A stretch of 64,000 nucleotides of DNA, from assembly GCA_964234715.1 (NCBI GenBank), contig OZ174291.1. One strand, written 5' to 3'. The DNA comes from Podarcis melisellensis. Lineage: Eukaryota. Under the pieces are notes generated by a model that made no database searches, was not told where the DNA came from, and saw only the letters and a program-made list of their open reading frames with translations. Shown here piece after piece: positions 1-14,399 of the stretch. The position numbers and the translations under genes are program-made. Position 1 is the stretch's first letter, and the number at the start of each line of letters is the position of its first letter.

Positions 1-608
1 TGCCCCCCCCGATACTTTGGACTCCTAACTTCCAACATTTCCAGCCAGCATGCAAGCTGGAAATTAACAAAGAAAACCTCTAACATTCCGAAAGACAAAC
101 TTGTTTTAGAATGTTACAGCTAAATTTCTGAAATGGGGCTGCTGCTGCATTAATTCGTTTTTTTAAAAGTTGCATGTTATTTTAAGTAATTGCAATCATC
201 ATACAAGGCCCCCTTGTATCTTCTTGTGCCCCCTGCATGACAGGTCTGGAGGATGGCAACACTCTCCCCCCCCCCCCCCCGGGAGGTTCAGCTGGTGCCT
301 TCATTACGTATCTTTAGGTACCAGGAAAAAACCATTCCTCTTCTCCTGGACCTTTTGACTAATTAACCTACCAATGGCCTTTTAAGCTCTCTGTGTGTGG
401 TGTGGTGTGTGTGTGTTGTTGTTTTGCTTGTCATTATGTTATGTAACCTTGTGTTTTTATACTGTAAGCTTCCCAGTGATACCTGGCTGGAGGACGGCAT
501 ATCAAACAAGCAAGCAATGTTGTAGGCCACTTTGCAAATAGGAAAATTTTAAAGAAGTAAAAAGCCAAAAAAGCCAGGGAAACCTTCAACTGAAACACAG
601 CCTCATAC

Positions 609-734
609 CTGGAACGTGTGCGCCGCCTACTCATTCCTGGACTGTTGCTGACACGATATGCAGTTGGGACGCTCCTCTCCTCCCTGCGCCTTTCAGGTGT
701 GTGAGCTCTTCTCCTGGGTGATCTTGAGCGAGAC
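609..734 (-). CDS. SFSWAP: SFSWAP internal exon (RS region: (R)[41 protein letters not shown])
   Basis: Matches the recalled human SFSWAP RS region; acceptor ccctcctgttcAG, donor AG|GTATGA; 126 nt, phase 2 to 2. Confidence 0.95.
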
Positions 735-895
735 CTGAACAGGAGGGAAATGTTCAAAATCCCGAGTGGGAAGGGATGGGCCTTAATTTCATTACCTGAT
801 TGCAGTAGGTGTGCATTATCTTCAAAACCTCATTTCAAGATGTACATCCTGTTACACCACAAATATATATACATATATTTAAAGAACCAGCAGAT

Positions 896-1041
896 AGGTG
901 GCTCAGTTGGTTAAGGTGTGGTGCTGATAATGCCAAGGTCATCATGGGTTCGGATAACCCGTATGGGCCAGCTGATTATTCCTGCATTGCAGGGGGTTGG
1001 TCTGGGTGATCCTCTGGGTCTCTTACAACTCTACAATTCTA
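896..1041 (+). mobile_element. tRNA-head / CR1-tail SINE, degenerate
   Basis: ggtggctcagttggtta A-box, ggttcg B-box, CR1-like 3' end (caactctacaattcta). Confidence 0.6.
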
Positions 1042-1943
1042 AGACAACATATTGTTCACTGGAGATACTGTCAGCTTCCTGAGGGTCCTTCTTCCACACA
1101 CCCACACACGTTTTGAGTTCTCAATTATTTGATTCCAAAGCCATGTGCATTTTAAGATTGATAAGTAGTGATTTGATATGTTAAGTAGGTGAGCAAATGA
1201 AGCTGCCTTATACTGAATCAGACCACTGGTCCATCTAGCTCAAGACTGCCTACCCAGACTGGCAGCAGCACTCCAGAATTTCAGACACGGTTCTCTCGCA
1301 GTCCTAACCTAGAGGTGCTAAGAATTTTTTTTTGGGGGGGAGGGGGAGCTGCTATGTACTGCACTGCAGAGTGACTGCAGTTTGCCTTGAAAATCTGATC
1401 TTATCCCCGATCTTTCACAGAAGGACGGTGATAGCGGTAATAGTAAAGAGGGATAAAAACCAAGACTGAAGAAGCTGGAGATCAGTCAGAACCTTGATGC
1501 TTTAGCAGGATTTTCCTCTAAAGGCTCAGCAGTCGTCTCTTTGCACTAATGAAGCTGCTTGAGAGCTCTTGCACTCAGATGCTGCTCCCACTGATGGGCT
1601 GCTCAGCCATGGCTCCATGCTCTACATCCCTGCGGATTCTGGGATTAGATATGGATGCACACACTTCACCTTCATAATAGTAATAAATAGGCTGCTATGG
1701 GAAGTTAAGAAGGGTCACTAAAAGGGCTCAGATCCCTCAACTGCAGCTGAATTTTTAAAGGAAGTGTGATTACAACTGCTTCAGCCTACAAGGGCTCAGA
1801 CAAATAGGGAAGCTATTTGTTTAAACTACTTTTTAAGTAGCTGTGTCATGTTCTTTAATTTCAAGTGGTTCTACTGTCCTCTGGGGGTGCAAAGGGGTAA
1901 ACATTTTGTGAATCTTTGAACTTTTGTCCATTTACTCTATTAA

Positions 1944-2198
1944 CTGTATTTTTTGCTCTATAAGACTCACTTTTTCCCTCCAAAAAGGGGAAATATGTGT
2001 GCGTCTTATGGAGCGAATGCAGGCTGCACAGCTATCCCAGAAGCCAGAACAGCAAGAGGGATTGCTGCTTTCACTGCGCAGCGATCCCTCTTGCTGTTCT
2101 GGCTTCTGAGATTCAGAATATATTTTTTTCTTGTTTTCCTCCTCCAAAAATTAGGTGAGTCTTGTGGTCTGGTGCGTCTTATAGAGTGAAAAATACGG
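1944..2198. mobile_element. Tc1/mariner-type MITE
   Basis: TIRs ctgtattttttgctctataagac / gtcttatagagtgaaaaatacgg, TA flank. Confidence 0.7.
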
Positions 2199-2289
2199 TA
2201 TTTTTCCCAATCTGAACTATAAAACGGTGATTTTCTTGAGTCAAAATGAGAGTACTGTACCCCTAAACATTTTCTTTACAGAAAAAAAC

Positions 2290-2343
<54 letters not shown>

Positions 2344-2366
2344 ATCTATCTATATCTATCATCTAT
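2290..2366. repeat. (TCTA)n microsatellite
   Basis: Seen directly. Confidence 0.95.
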
Positions 2367-5300
2367 AAACAAACATAGCTTTGACTATGATACTTTCCCG
2401 CCCCACCCCACAGTAATAAATAGAGAAGAGCTGCTTTTACTAGCTTGAATAAAAGCCTTATTTTAACATGATAAATCCTAAGGATATTATTTGATAAGGT
2501 GTGAAATATTAATAAGGCCTTCCCTTTCAATTGTGTTGCTAAACAAGGTCTGTTTAAAGTTCTATTATGTTGGAAAGATTTGGCATATAATCCTACATCT
2601 TAAGCAGCAGCATTGGTGCGAAAAGATGTTGCCTCCAAGGGAAATGAATGGATTTTGAAGCAACGCAGCACACAAATTTGCACCATTTTAACAAAGGGAA
2701 ACCATTTTGCGCCCTAGCCTAGTTGATTCTTTGAAACTGAGACAATAAGCATGTTAACTTTACCTCTGCCAATCAGCTAATCTTAAAAGTAATCCTTTAA
2801 TCATGCCTCTCTCTGCTAATTACTATACAGGGTTTGTTAGCTGGGTAAACAGAGTAGGTGGCTTAGCAAAGTAATCTATTAGTGAAATACATAAAGAAAA
2901 TTAATGTGAAATGAAATTCTTGGCTCAACTGAAATGCAAACTTCGGAGTCTGACAATCCTCCACACCCATTTATCAGGCGCAGCCCGAGACAGATAGGCC
3001 CCCCAGAGAAAGTGTTGTATCTTTCTGTAGGTGGGACTTGGTGAACAAGTGGCCTGAGGATTTTCAGGTGTAAAACCTAACTGCAAAATTAAATCACTCA
3101 CTGTGTAACCACTTATTTTTATGAACTTATCTCTGCCTCCACCCTCCGACATACAATGCCAACCTCATTCAACAAACTTTGTAAGCAAAAATAAAGAACA
3201 TTTACATATTCATAATTAATATGTTCCTTATTTGTATTAACTCTAAGTTTTCTCAACCAGGATACCATGCATTAGGTATTCCAAGACTGACGGTTCACAG
3301 CTACTAAATCACTGCAATATTGAGATCCATTTTATGCTTATGTGTGAGGCCAACCGAGCAAACACAAGGATCAGGTGCTGGATTCAGCTCAACAAAAGGG
3401 GCCCCAAAGTGATCATTTTTTCCTATGTGTTAGGGAAACAGATCCTCCACTGGGGCATGAGTCAATAGGGAAAAGCTGGAATGAATCTAGAAAGCTGACA
3501 AGGAAAGAAAACTTGAGGTTTTCCTCACAGTAATGTATCTGAATCATATTAATATGGCCACCCAACAACAGGACATACTGATACTGTGGAGTATCTTGCC
3601 ATGCTGAAATGCAGAAGGTTCACTTTACCAGCTGGTGAAAGACAAGAGACATTTTTATTCCTGCAGGCTTTTTGCCTGCTAAGTATATTCTGTTTTATAT
3701 AAAGGTTATGCTTTTATCTGTGGTCTGGCTGCATTTTTAATGCTGCCTTGCTAGCATGCTTAATGTGTATTAAAATGCCTTTTATTGTTTTGTTATGACA
3801 TTTTGATTTCAAATAGTTGTAAGCTGCCCTGAGTGGCGCTTCAGCCCTTTAAAGGCAGGACAAAAATTTCTACCAAAATGAATTCATATTTGCTATCCAT
3901 GAATGGCTTTGCTATGCAGCAAAAATCTCTACAGGGAAAAGTTGATTAAAAAGGGCGTACGTATATGCTGCACATGTGGACTGATTTGTAGACCAGCACC
4001 TGGTCTTTGAGAAATATGGTTAATATAATATAGGAATCCAGACCCCATCAAGATTCTTGTCTCTCCCCCCCCCCCCCAATATCCTCCCGCTGGCAACAGG
4101 TCCAAATGGGAACAAGTACTTGTACAGCACTTGTACAGCCATTCCCTAGTCATGCTCTCTTTGTGTCTGGCCCTTTTAGGTACCCTAACCCTAACTTCTA
4201 TCTACAATGGTGTGGTCCTTTAAAAGTTGTAACTGTGGTTCTAAGCTAAGAGCTATCAGGTTTCCAAGGTGCATCTGAAGCTGCACAAGGTTTGAGGAAC
4301 CATTTGCTACCAGAGGCCCTCTAGCCCCATATATGCTAGTGCTGGAACACAGGAAGCTGCCTTTTATTAGGTTGGATTATTTGTCTGACTAGCTCAGGGC
4401 TGTGTACACTAGTCTTTCCCAATTTGATGCCCTCTAGATGATTTGAACTACAACTCCCATCATCCCCGATCAAGGGCCATGCTAGCCGTGGCTGATGGGA
4501 GCTTTAGTCCAAAAACATGAAACACATCTATTTCAGGGACCACAGAGTGGTAAATATATGCTGAGAACACACAAAGCTTTGCTAGGGCTCGGTTATGCAA
4601 GGAATGCCGCTTGCTCCGAATAGCACCACATTCCCACACAACGTTGTTGGGTTTTTTTTAGAACAAGACCATGCCTGCTTTCAAAATTGGCCTGGTAACT
4701 CAGTGAAGAAGGAAAAAAGGAGCAGCAGGATGCCCCTAGACTGACTCTGAATATCACTTTGTGCAAGGTATGAATTGTGCACAGTGCCATTTGTTCCAAA
4801 AGCCCTTTAATCTAATCTGTTAGCGTTCAAACTCACAGACTACCCGAACTTCAATTCATCTTCTTGAGGTAAACGAGTCCTAAAGGTTGTTAACCTTCAA
4901 ATCAAAACAAAGTTTTAACACCAGTTCCTAACAAAATGTGTGCCAACTTATTAGTACAAAACCAAGTTAAGTTGTGCTCCTGAAAGCAAAAGCAAAACTG
5001 CTGGGTGGCTATGCTATGCCCAGTTAAAAAAAAAAAGTTCAATATAGGTTAAGGCTCAGAATATCTCAAGTACTGAGCTTCTGTAATCTTTATAGCAACC
5101 CTGTAAAGCAGGAGGCCTATATTTTAATTCCCATATTACAATGCTGGAGGGTGGGTTTTTTGGGGGGACAGGGAGGCTGAGAAATGGTGGCTTCTCTGAG
5201 GCCACAGAAGTAGTGCTTTATTTTAAAATGACACACCTTGCTTCCAAAACAGCATAAGGTGTGTGTGCCCCATGTGATCAGCTGCAGCTCTCTATAACCT

Positions 5301-5508
5301 TTTAATGTGTGGAAGACAGGGCACAAGTACAAAAACAAAACATGCATTTGCTTGAGACATTACAGTTTTAGGCAATATATCATAAAGATCTAATCTGAAC
5401 CTGGTGAATAGATAGCATGTATGGCAGCCTCACAAAGGCGGCACCGCCGAGGGAAAAGAAATGAGCGTAGAAAAGCACTTAACAATAACATCAGTTCAGA
5501 AAACCCAC

Positions 5509-5780
5509 CTGGAATGCCGGACAGTTCTATAGGCAGTGGGAAGTGAGTGCTTGGCTTTTGAATGTGATCGAACCCTGGATTTAGACGAAGAGTGATATTT
5601 GGAAGGAGGTGACCTTGACCTTGACCGGGATCTTTTCTTGTGCTTTTTTTTCTTTTTCTCCCTCTCTTCTTCTCTGGGCAGATCTCTGCTTCTGCTTGAA
5701 GGCCTTTCAGGTGCCTTTGCTTCCAAGGTCGGCAATGTCCTGATGCCAGTCAACAGGGGACACTGCATGTTACCAACAGT
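5509..5780 (-). CDS. SFSWAP: SFSWAP internal exon ([12 protein letters not shown]...[16 protein letters not shown]...[12 protein letters not shown])
   Basis: Matches human [21 protein letters not shown]; acceptor tttatttcAG, donor AG|GTGGGT; 272 nt, phase 0 to 2. Confidence 0.95.
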
Positions 5781-6149
5781 CTGAAATAAAGCCAGGCAGG
5801 TTTTAGCATTGTGTCAATATGTACACAGTAGATACATTAGTTTGGAGTCTAGGTTAAAATTCAAAAACCCCTCTGCAGTCCCTTGTTAATCTTTGGCCAC
5901 TTATTAACCTAAATCTCTTAACTGTAAAAAGGGATCATTAATGACCTATTGTTACATGGCTGCTCTGAGAATGGAGATGGAGGAAACATTTTGCATATTT
6001 AACAGTGATAAACTGAAGAAGTCAGCCCAGGATTTTTCAGTCAATCATGAATGAAGTCGAGTTCCTGTGCTCATCAAATCAGACTCAATTCAACAATTTG
6101 GCCCATCACATGACCTGTAAAGGAACACCAACTCAATGGTGTAATGTTA

Positions 6150-6560
6150 TCTTTCCACAAGGACTGACATTGATGCCAAAATCCAGCATCACCTGAGCTC
6201 TGCGAGTGTAGCTTTCTCCCAACTGAAGTGCAGAGTGTTTGAGGACCAGGACATTCACAGGGAAACCAAAATGCTTGTTTACAAAGCTACTGTACTACCA
6301 ATCTTACTGTATGCTTGTGAAACATGGACTACATAAACCCCATCTCCAACTCCTTGAAATATTCCATCAACGGTGTCTCCAAAAAATTTTTACACATCAC
6401 TTGTGAAGACAAGCAAACTAATGCCAGTGTACTGGAAGAAGCAAAGATCACCAGTGTTGAAGAAACTATTCTCCAACATCAATTTCTTCCAAAGCAACTA
6501 CTCTATTCCAAGCTTAAAAATGGAAAGCGTAATGCTGATGGTCAACAAGAGGTGTAAAGA
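6150..6560 (+). mobile_element. Degenerate RTE-clade LINE fragment (post-RT region)
   Basis: Translates to DIDAKIQHHLSSAS..ETKMLVYKATVLPILLYACETW. Confidence 0.75.
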
Positions 6561-6730
6561 TTCTCAAGACAAATTTTCAATATGTTTTTGAGAGCTAGAC
6601 AGACTAAAGGGAAAGGACTTTAATAACGTATAAAGTATTGGTAGGCAAGAATGAGAAGTTGTATTTGCTGAATTTTGATCTTTCATTGCTTCTTGACATT
6701 TTATGGGAAGAGACTCAAATACATAAAGAA

Positions 6731-6862
6731 CAGTGGCATAGCGTGGGGGGTGCAGGGGGGCCCGGGCGCACCATCTGGGAGTTAGGGGGCGCAAATCCAC
6801 GGGTTAGGGGGTGCAAATTACTTGCCTTGCCCCGGGTGCTGACAACCCACACTACGCCACTG
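6731..6862. mobile_element. hAT MITE, 132 bp
   Basis: TIR cagtggc(a/g)tag; perfect 8-bp TSD ATAAAGAA. Confidence 0.9.
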
Positions 6863-9800
6863 ATAAAGAAACTGTCACAATTATTATTACTCTGTCCTTT
6901 TTTGCATTTGGATGCAACTTTCTTCTCATTTTCTCAATCCTATTCTAACAAGGTCACTTTCTACAAGGGACTGAAGCACAGCAACATTTATCTGCTGCAG
7001 CAGTCTGCAAGGCTTGGGAAACTTGGGCAATCTTGCTCAGAGCAAGAGCTGACCCAATAAAAAGGAATAATCTGTACTTTATGTGCTGGTTTTGATGAGA
7101 CACCTCACATCCAGCAAGACAGAATATAACTTTCTAATTTTCACAAGCATTGCATACATATTCAGCAGTAATTCTTCAGCCACATAAATGGTCTCATCTT
7201 CAGAAGCCTATGTGATTTCTCACCTGCCCCCCATGTAAAAAAACACCACCAGGTTTCTCAACCACCCTTCACATTCAAATGGGATAGGAATGTAAAGTTA
7301 TACTTGTTTCACAGTGCAGCTGACATATTCCTGATGAAAAAGTAAATTACATATAAAGCTTTTCGACAACGATTCAGACCGTCAGTACTGTCTACACTTG
7401 ATGGTGGGCACCTCTCCAGAGTTTCATAGAAGGGACTTTCCCACTTCTACCTGGAGATGCTAATGATAAGCCTCTCCTCCATCTTGTCCACACATATGGA
7501 CACCTGATGTTCAGCGAATGCAACAAGGTTAAACTTAAGACATAGTACTACCTCAATCAAGTCACTGTTGCCACAATGATCTCCCAACATGAACCTGTGC
7601 TGGTATAAATATATAACAATATGTATGAGAGATACCCTAGAAATGGTTTTATTCAACCAACACCCATGTGAAGTTAAATGAACATTCTAACATTTCTCAC
7701 ACTGGATGCACCGGGACTTCACACTAAACCGTGTTTTACTGCTAGTACACAAACTGGAATGAGTCTACGTAATTAAAAAAACCTAGGGTTTGGTCACTCC
7801 CCCCCCCCCCCAATTCCTTCTGCGTGGCTGGGAACAGCAATTCACTAGCATTTAGTTTCACTTATCTCTGAAATTTTCCATGAACCAAATCCAGGGCATA
7901 TCACAAATTCTGGTTAGTTAAATAAGCCTGCTGAACAGAGACTGGCAAGAGTCTGGATTAAAACCATGGTCTCTGATCATAGGCAGCAAGCCAAGATAAA
8001 CTGAAATCAAAGACCAGCCAAGTTCTTATCCACACAGTGTAGGAGGAGGGAAAAGAGCATGTGAGCACGAGACTTTAGTCTGCCTTGTTCCAGTTTGTGC
8101 ATGCAAGTGATGTAGTGCTATGCGCAAACTGGACCATTAAGGAACACCAAAACCTGGCTTGTCACTGAACATCAACTCAGAGACCTGTAGACAATAACAG
8201 ATCCTTGCCAAGTACACCTGCATAGCAACATGCATTTGTTGCATCATATTTTTCATTTGTAAACTTAAAATAAAGTAGTAATTTATAAAGCGTCCCTAAA
8301 GTTTAGACAATTTAATATAGCATAATGTACCAGGAAATTAGCAAATTGCCATTTTGTGCCTCTACAAAAAGAAAGAAAGAAAGAAAGAAGAAATCTAGCA
8401 CCAGAGGCCTTCCTCCTCCCCCAACAGCCACCTTCCATATGAAATGTTCCATTAAGATCTCATCTGCTATTTTAAGCTGGAGAAATTCTATGCATCTGCT
8501 ATAAACCAGGATTGGGGAACATGTGGTCCCTTTAATTGTTTTTGGACTCCATAGACCCCAGCCAGCCTGGACAACTGTCAAGGATGATGGGAGTTCCAGT
8601 CCAACATCAACTGGAGGGTCACTGGTTCCCAACTTTGCCTATCTTATCCTTGCCTTAGAAGAATTTTAGTAAGAATCTCTTACAATAAAGAAAACCAATT
8701 AAAAATGATGGCTCTAGGTTTGCCTCCTGCCTCTTCAACTGTGATTATGTTGGACAATACACAAAGGTAATGGAAAGCCAAATTTCAGATATGAGGGAGA
8801 CACATCTCTCTTTGAGTGCTAATTGACAGTGTTTTTTATGACCTTGTTTGGAAAAAAAAAGCTCCATACAGTAGTAAAGCTACCCTTTGGTAATTTTGCT
8901 TCAAGGACCATAAAGAATTTTACAGCATTGCCATGTGAGTTAAATGCAACTATCCCCCTCATCTCAGGATGACTGGCTTACTGGAGGCTCCTAGCAAATA
9001 AAACAAGCAAAAATGGAAGGCACAAATGCTAGAAGCAATGAATTAGAACTGAAAGGGCTTCAGTGAAAAGAATATGAGATGCTGACAATGTAAACAGATA
9101 ATTGAGACAGAAGCAGAATTCACGGAATAAGTCCACTGGTGCACATATTATTTTTAGTAGTAACAAATGCTGAAGTTGTCTTTGCATTTACATTTGTTTA
9201 TAAATATCTGGACTGCTATTCATACAAAATTATCAGAGCAGTTTGCAATAATCTTATATAAAACAATGTATTTTAAACTATATAAAGTAAGAGATCATCT
9301 ATTACTTCTCATTCACATGTTTTTTTCTGTCTCAACCATATTTGTATCACCTCAAATGCTTTATATTCCCCTTTCAACTTTAGGATTCCCCCCCCCCAAA
9401 AAAAATACTCTATTACAGTACACATCCTCCAAATCCAAATACAGTTGTACCTTGGAAGTTGAACAGAATCTGTTCCGGAAGAATGTTTGACTTCCAAAAT
9501 GTTCTGAAACCAAGGTGTGGCCTCCGATTGGCTGCAGGAAGCTCCTGCAGACAATCGGAACGCGTGGAGGACTTTGGGTGGTCAGACAGTCCACACATTT
9601 AGAGCAGGAGAATACTGTATCGGCTAGAAAGATGTGTCTAGTTTGTGCTACTGCACTGGCCTGTTAAGCGATGCTCAGGATGAAGCCGTCAGGAAGACAT
9701 GCTTGCTATTGCCAACCTTTTACTGTACACCTGTATCAAAGCAGGCACTTGTAACAACCTTAATACATTGCAAGACATCAGGAATTGCACCCAATGTTAG

Positions 9801-10039
9801 GCCTACTCAGAGAAGACTCCCCAAAATAAATGGACTTGGCCAATTTAGGTGGGTCACTGAGTGTAACTTAGCTGGACAAAAACCTCGGTTGATCTGCTGC
9901 GGCAAACTATTAAACAAAGTGCATTTAATATATTCATAAATGTTTTACCCCGCATTTCCACTGAAAGATTCCCCGCCGCACGTAACATGTGATCTACGGC
10001 AGAACCAGAAATGGGTATGGCATTTATATACAAGGGAAG

Positions 10040-10225
10040 GGCTGTAACTCAGAGCTCCACCTCTGCATGCAGATGATTGCAGGTTCAATTCTTGGCATCT
10101 CCAGGTATGGCTGGAAGTGACTCCTGGCTCTGAAATCCTGGGGAGCTGCTGCCAGCCAGTGTGCACAGTACTAAGCTAGATGGATCAATGGTCTGATTCC
10201 GTATAAGGCACTTCTCATGTTCCCC
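10040..10225 (+). mobile_element. Old tRNA-derived SINE; related fragments at about 1200, 4350, 13900, 23030, 34330, 51660 and 53910
   Basis: ggttcaattcttggcatctcc B-box and ggtctgattccgtataaggca 3' motif recurring on both strands. Confidence 0.55.
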
Positions 10226-12087
10226 TGAAATGAGCTTGTGGTTTTTAAACTTGGAAGGACTGCCTCAAACAAGGAAGCGAATAGGTTGCTTAAGCAAGGG
10301 TTTTGATTCTGAGGAGTCATGCAGCACATGTAGTAGCAGAATTGGTCCTTCCAGACAACTGCCACCAAGCTGGGCAATAACAGAATGTTGTGGCTTAGCT
10401 TTAATATTCAGAGAATGGAAATGCTCTCCAAAGTCAACTGAAAAAAAGGGGGCTGATAGGCAGTCTGTTGGTCTTCTAAGGTGACCTTTTCTAATCTAAC
10501 ACAAATGCAAACGTTCCTGCAATATTCACAAAAAGTGCTGACTTATTCTGATGCGAAAAATCTGAGGGTTGTCAGAAGGAGAACTTCAAAGCGGATATGC
10601 AATTTCCATTACTCTAGCTGTGCCCTGGAATTACTTCAGGCCTATGCTGAAATTCTACCCACTGGTGTGCCTTGAAGCTCTGCAAGACCTCTAAGGTACA
10701 GGATCAATAAGAAATTGTGTTTCAAAAAGCTGCAAGAGGACATGGTAATTGCTGGATGTATTGAACACTTCTAACTTTAGCTGCCTCTTAAGAGGTTCTT
10801 CTAGCACATCCCTACATTGAAAAAAAGTGAAAGGTTCACCTTGCAAAGAAGGGTTAAAACCACAACTGCAAACACACAAAAAGATAACCATGTCATAGAA
10901 GAATTTAACGAATGTTCCATAAGGTTCTGCACAAGAGATGTGAATTGTTGCTATTAATATTATGTTTGCAGTCACAATCAATAATTTTATTATTATTTAG
11001 TATTTCAAAGTCAGCAGGTGATTCTGAGTACCCCAGATAACTCAGTTGGGATGTACGCATCTTGGTTTTATGTGAAATATGAATGAGTCTCAGTGTAATG
11101 AGTCCCAAGACAGCGTCCTGGAGGGGCTGTTTCAACAGGGGGCAGGGACGGGTTGAGGTGCCCAAAGATTACCCTGGGGAAGACTCCAGCAGGTTAAGGT
11201 GAGTCATATCAGGACCCTATGAGTCATCTGAGCTGTTAGGGAATTTGACCTTGATCCTGAGGATGGGCCCACTGGATTGCTATGCTACTGGCCCCCACCA
11301 GCCTCTGCTGTCAAGCCACCACCCACCCAGAAAACGCCCAATGTCCAGAATGAAACTTCCTCCATCGTCTAGAATAGAGATGCAAGCACCACTGTAAACG
11401 GACAGCCCAGCCCCTTAGATGGAGTTCCTGTTTGCAGGCACAAACCCAGGTCTCACCTTGTTTGCTGTGCTGAAGTCATGACCGCCCCTCTCTATTACAG
11501 GAGCCCAGGGGGCATGTCAACTGTTGGAACAATGTTTCAGCTCACCTGGTCATGACCCGTACCTGCTGTGTTGGTGATCCTTGTATTGATTTTGTACAGT
11601 ACTGAGCAATCATATAGTAGTAAATGAGATCCGAGTTAAGAGTCCTTTGTCCTGCAGGGACACTTGGCTACACATTTGCATGGCCTGTTCCCTCCTCAAC
11701 GTGTTGTAATTCAACACTTCTGGATTAGATAATCAGTTTCCCATTACATATGAACCAAGAAACTGTAGATACTATAGATATACATTATAAATGGCATATT
11801 TGGAAGAAATAAAATCAACCATAGCAAAAGAATGCATTCCACCTTTTTATAATACTAAAAACTTCCACTGGACACACGTGCACTCTTAAGGCATACCTTA
11901 AATCGTGCTCTGAATCACAGCCTTTTGCAGTAAGGATGACTTTAATACTACACAACTTGACACACACTCTAGTTTTAAAAGCCCTGGTACATGTGAAATG
12001 TCATATGTCATAAAATTCAATGCTTCGTTTGGGGAATGTTCTTCTATGACAATTTGCAAAAGGTGTGTGGGGGGGGAGGGAGAGACA

Positions 12088-12125
12088 CAGACAGACAGAC
12101 AGACAGACAGACAGACGGACAGACA
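12088..12125. repeat. (GACA)n microsatellite
   Basis: Seen directly. Confidence 0.9.
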
Positions 12126-13455
12126 GTCACAGTGTCAGTTACGGTAATTACTATTCAAAGGAAAGGGAAAATAATTTCAAACTGTAAGATTATTCGTAGT
12201 TCAGACTGATATTGTAAATGCTTTTTTCTGGATGCAACGAGGATGTATTTAATAATCCAGTCATGAAATGTAGTAAAGTACTGTACTGGATTTATTTTCA
12301 TGACCACTATGGTAAAAATGAAAAACATGAGAGATCAAAAGATTAAGACCCTATTTTGAGCACTGTACTAAAGACTTGGACTTGATTAGTAAATTGAAGT
12401 ATTCCTATCAACAGTATTTGCCACAGAGCCCCTTCAGATATTGATATTGTAAGAAACTGGTCAAAGAGAACAGTCCTGAAAACAAAGTCAGATTTTAGAA
12501 ACTTAAAAGGGCAGAAGACCAGAGAAATGGGAAGCTGAGATAAAGTGGTAGAGATTTTCGATATATGAAAGGAGCAGAAAAATTGACCCGTATTTTGAAT
12601 GACATTTTCACAGCTGAATCACAAGGTTTCACAGCTGAATCTCAAGAAAGGCTGGGGCAGGGAATCAAAGTGGGTCCCCAGTGCTGAGATATCTGGCAGG
12701 GGAGCACAGAAGCTCTCATTAAAATGCCAAAATGTTCCCTGAAGTGTAGCTGATAGAACTTGCACAAGAGACAAGTCAGGGCAGAGGAAGTATAAAACTG
12801 CCGGGGGGGGGGGGGCACAATAACAGAGACACATAGAAGCTTTCCATTACTTCTACCACCTGTGGAAATAAGCTGTGACCAGAGTTATCTACGAGGAGAG
12901 GTGTCAAGGAATGCAAAGCAGCTATTTGAACAGTTGCCATGTTAACAAAATGCACTACTGGGTTGCTCTGCTAATACCTTTTCGATCTGATTTTCAGATT
13001 GCAGCAGAGAAATCAGGATTCATCTATATAAAAGTTCAGGGCAACTCCCCCCCCCAAAAAGCCTTCATTTACCCCCCAAACAGCAGAATTCAGAAAATGC
13101 ACTGTGTTAAAACTTCTAAAGAGAAAATGGAACCCTTCCCCACCTTATAATTTTCCTAGAGAAACTGATCTTATAAAGTATGAAAGAAAGTCACCCTTCA
13201 TAGCAAATTCTGATTTTATAGGTTTTCCACTAGTGTGATGAGGCTTTACTGCGCCCCCCCCCCCAAAAAAAACCAAAAACTGGTGCTGGGGTTGGGAGAG
13301 ACAGCACAACAGCAGGCTGGGGAAAGAGAGAGGGGATTGTTCCATATAGTAAGATGAAATGTTTTTGCTGACAGAGCAACTGACCTAGCGTTACACAGAT
13401 CCCCCCCCCCCCCAAATATCTGAAGTTCAAATTGGGTCTAGCTATAAAGGGCAAT

Positions 13456-13816
13456 GGGACGCGAGCAGCGCTGTGGTGTATACCACTGAGCCTTGGGCTT
13501 GTTGATCTTAAAATTGGTGGTTTGAATCCCCGCGATGGGGTGAGCTCCGTTGTTCGGTCCCAGCTCCTGCCAACCTAACAGGTCAAAAGCATGTCAAAGT
13601 GGAAGTAGATAAATAGGTACCATTCTGGCAGGAAGGTAAACCGTGTTTCCGTGCGCTGCTCTGGTTTTGCCAGAAGCGGCTTAGTCATGCTGGCCACATG
13701 ACCTGGAAAAATTGTCTGCGGACAAACGCCGGCTCACTCGGCCAGTAAAGCGAGATGAGCGCCGCAACCCCAGACTCATTTGCGACCGGACTTAACTGTC
13801 AGGGGTCCTTTACCTT
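13456..13816 (+). mobile_element. Sauria SINE, full length
   Basis: gggacgc..gcgctgtgg head, (ACCTTT) tail, 13-bp TSD TATAAAGGGCAAT. Confidence 0.9.
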
Positions 13817-14111
13817 TATAAAGGGCAATAGAGACAGTGGGACTTGCCATTCAAAACATCAAGTTGGGGAAGCCTGATCCCCAACAACTGGCAGCATCTC
13901 TGGGGAGTTTCAGACAGGAGTCTTTCCAAGCCCTACTTAAGAGACTCTGGGGTTTAAACCTGGGACCTTTTGCATGCAAAGCATGTACTCTTCCACTAAG
14001 ACAATCCACTCCTCCTACTACAACTTATAATGCAGAGCAAAGTTCCTATTGAGGGGGCAAGGAGTATATTTGAGAGTCAATCTTGAATTGTGGGTAGTAA
14101 TAAAGGCCATC

Positions 14112-14399
14112 AGAAGAAGAAGAAGAAGAAGAAGAAGAAGAAGAAGAAGAAGAAGAATAGGAGTTTGGATTTGATATCCCGCCTTTCACTCCCTTTACAG
14201 AGTCTCAAAGCGGCTAACATTCTCCTTTCCCTTCCTCCCCCACAACAAACACTCTGTGAGGTGAGTGGGGCTGAGAGACTTCAGAGAAGTATGACTAGCC
14301 CAAGGTCACCCAGCAGCTGCAGGTGGAGGAGTGGAGATGCGAACCCGGTTCCCCAGATTACAAGACTACCGCTCTTAACCACTACACCACACTGGCTCT
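14112..14399 (-). mobile_element. tRNA-derived SINE with (TTC)n tail
   Basis: A/B-box-like head on the minus strand; nearly identical second copy at 40221. Confidence 0.8.

Noticed and set aside
896-970. tRNA-Ile-like sequence
   Set aside because: Degenerate cloverleaf fused to a CR1-like tail, so a SINE head rather than a tRNA gene.
11094-11672. GC-richer TG...CA segment resembling a solo LTR
   Set aside because: No matching TSD and no second copy in the window; unresolved.
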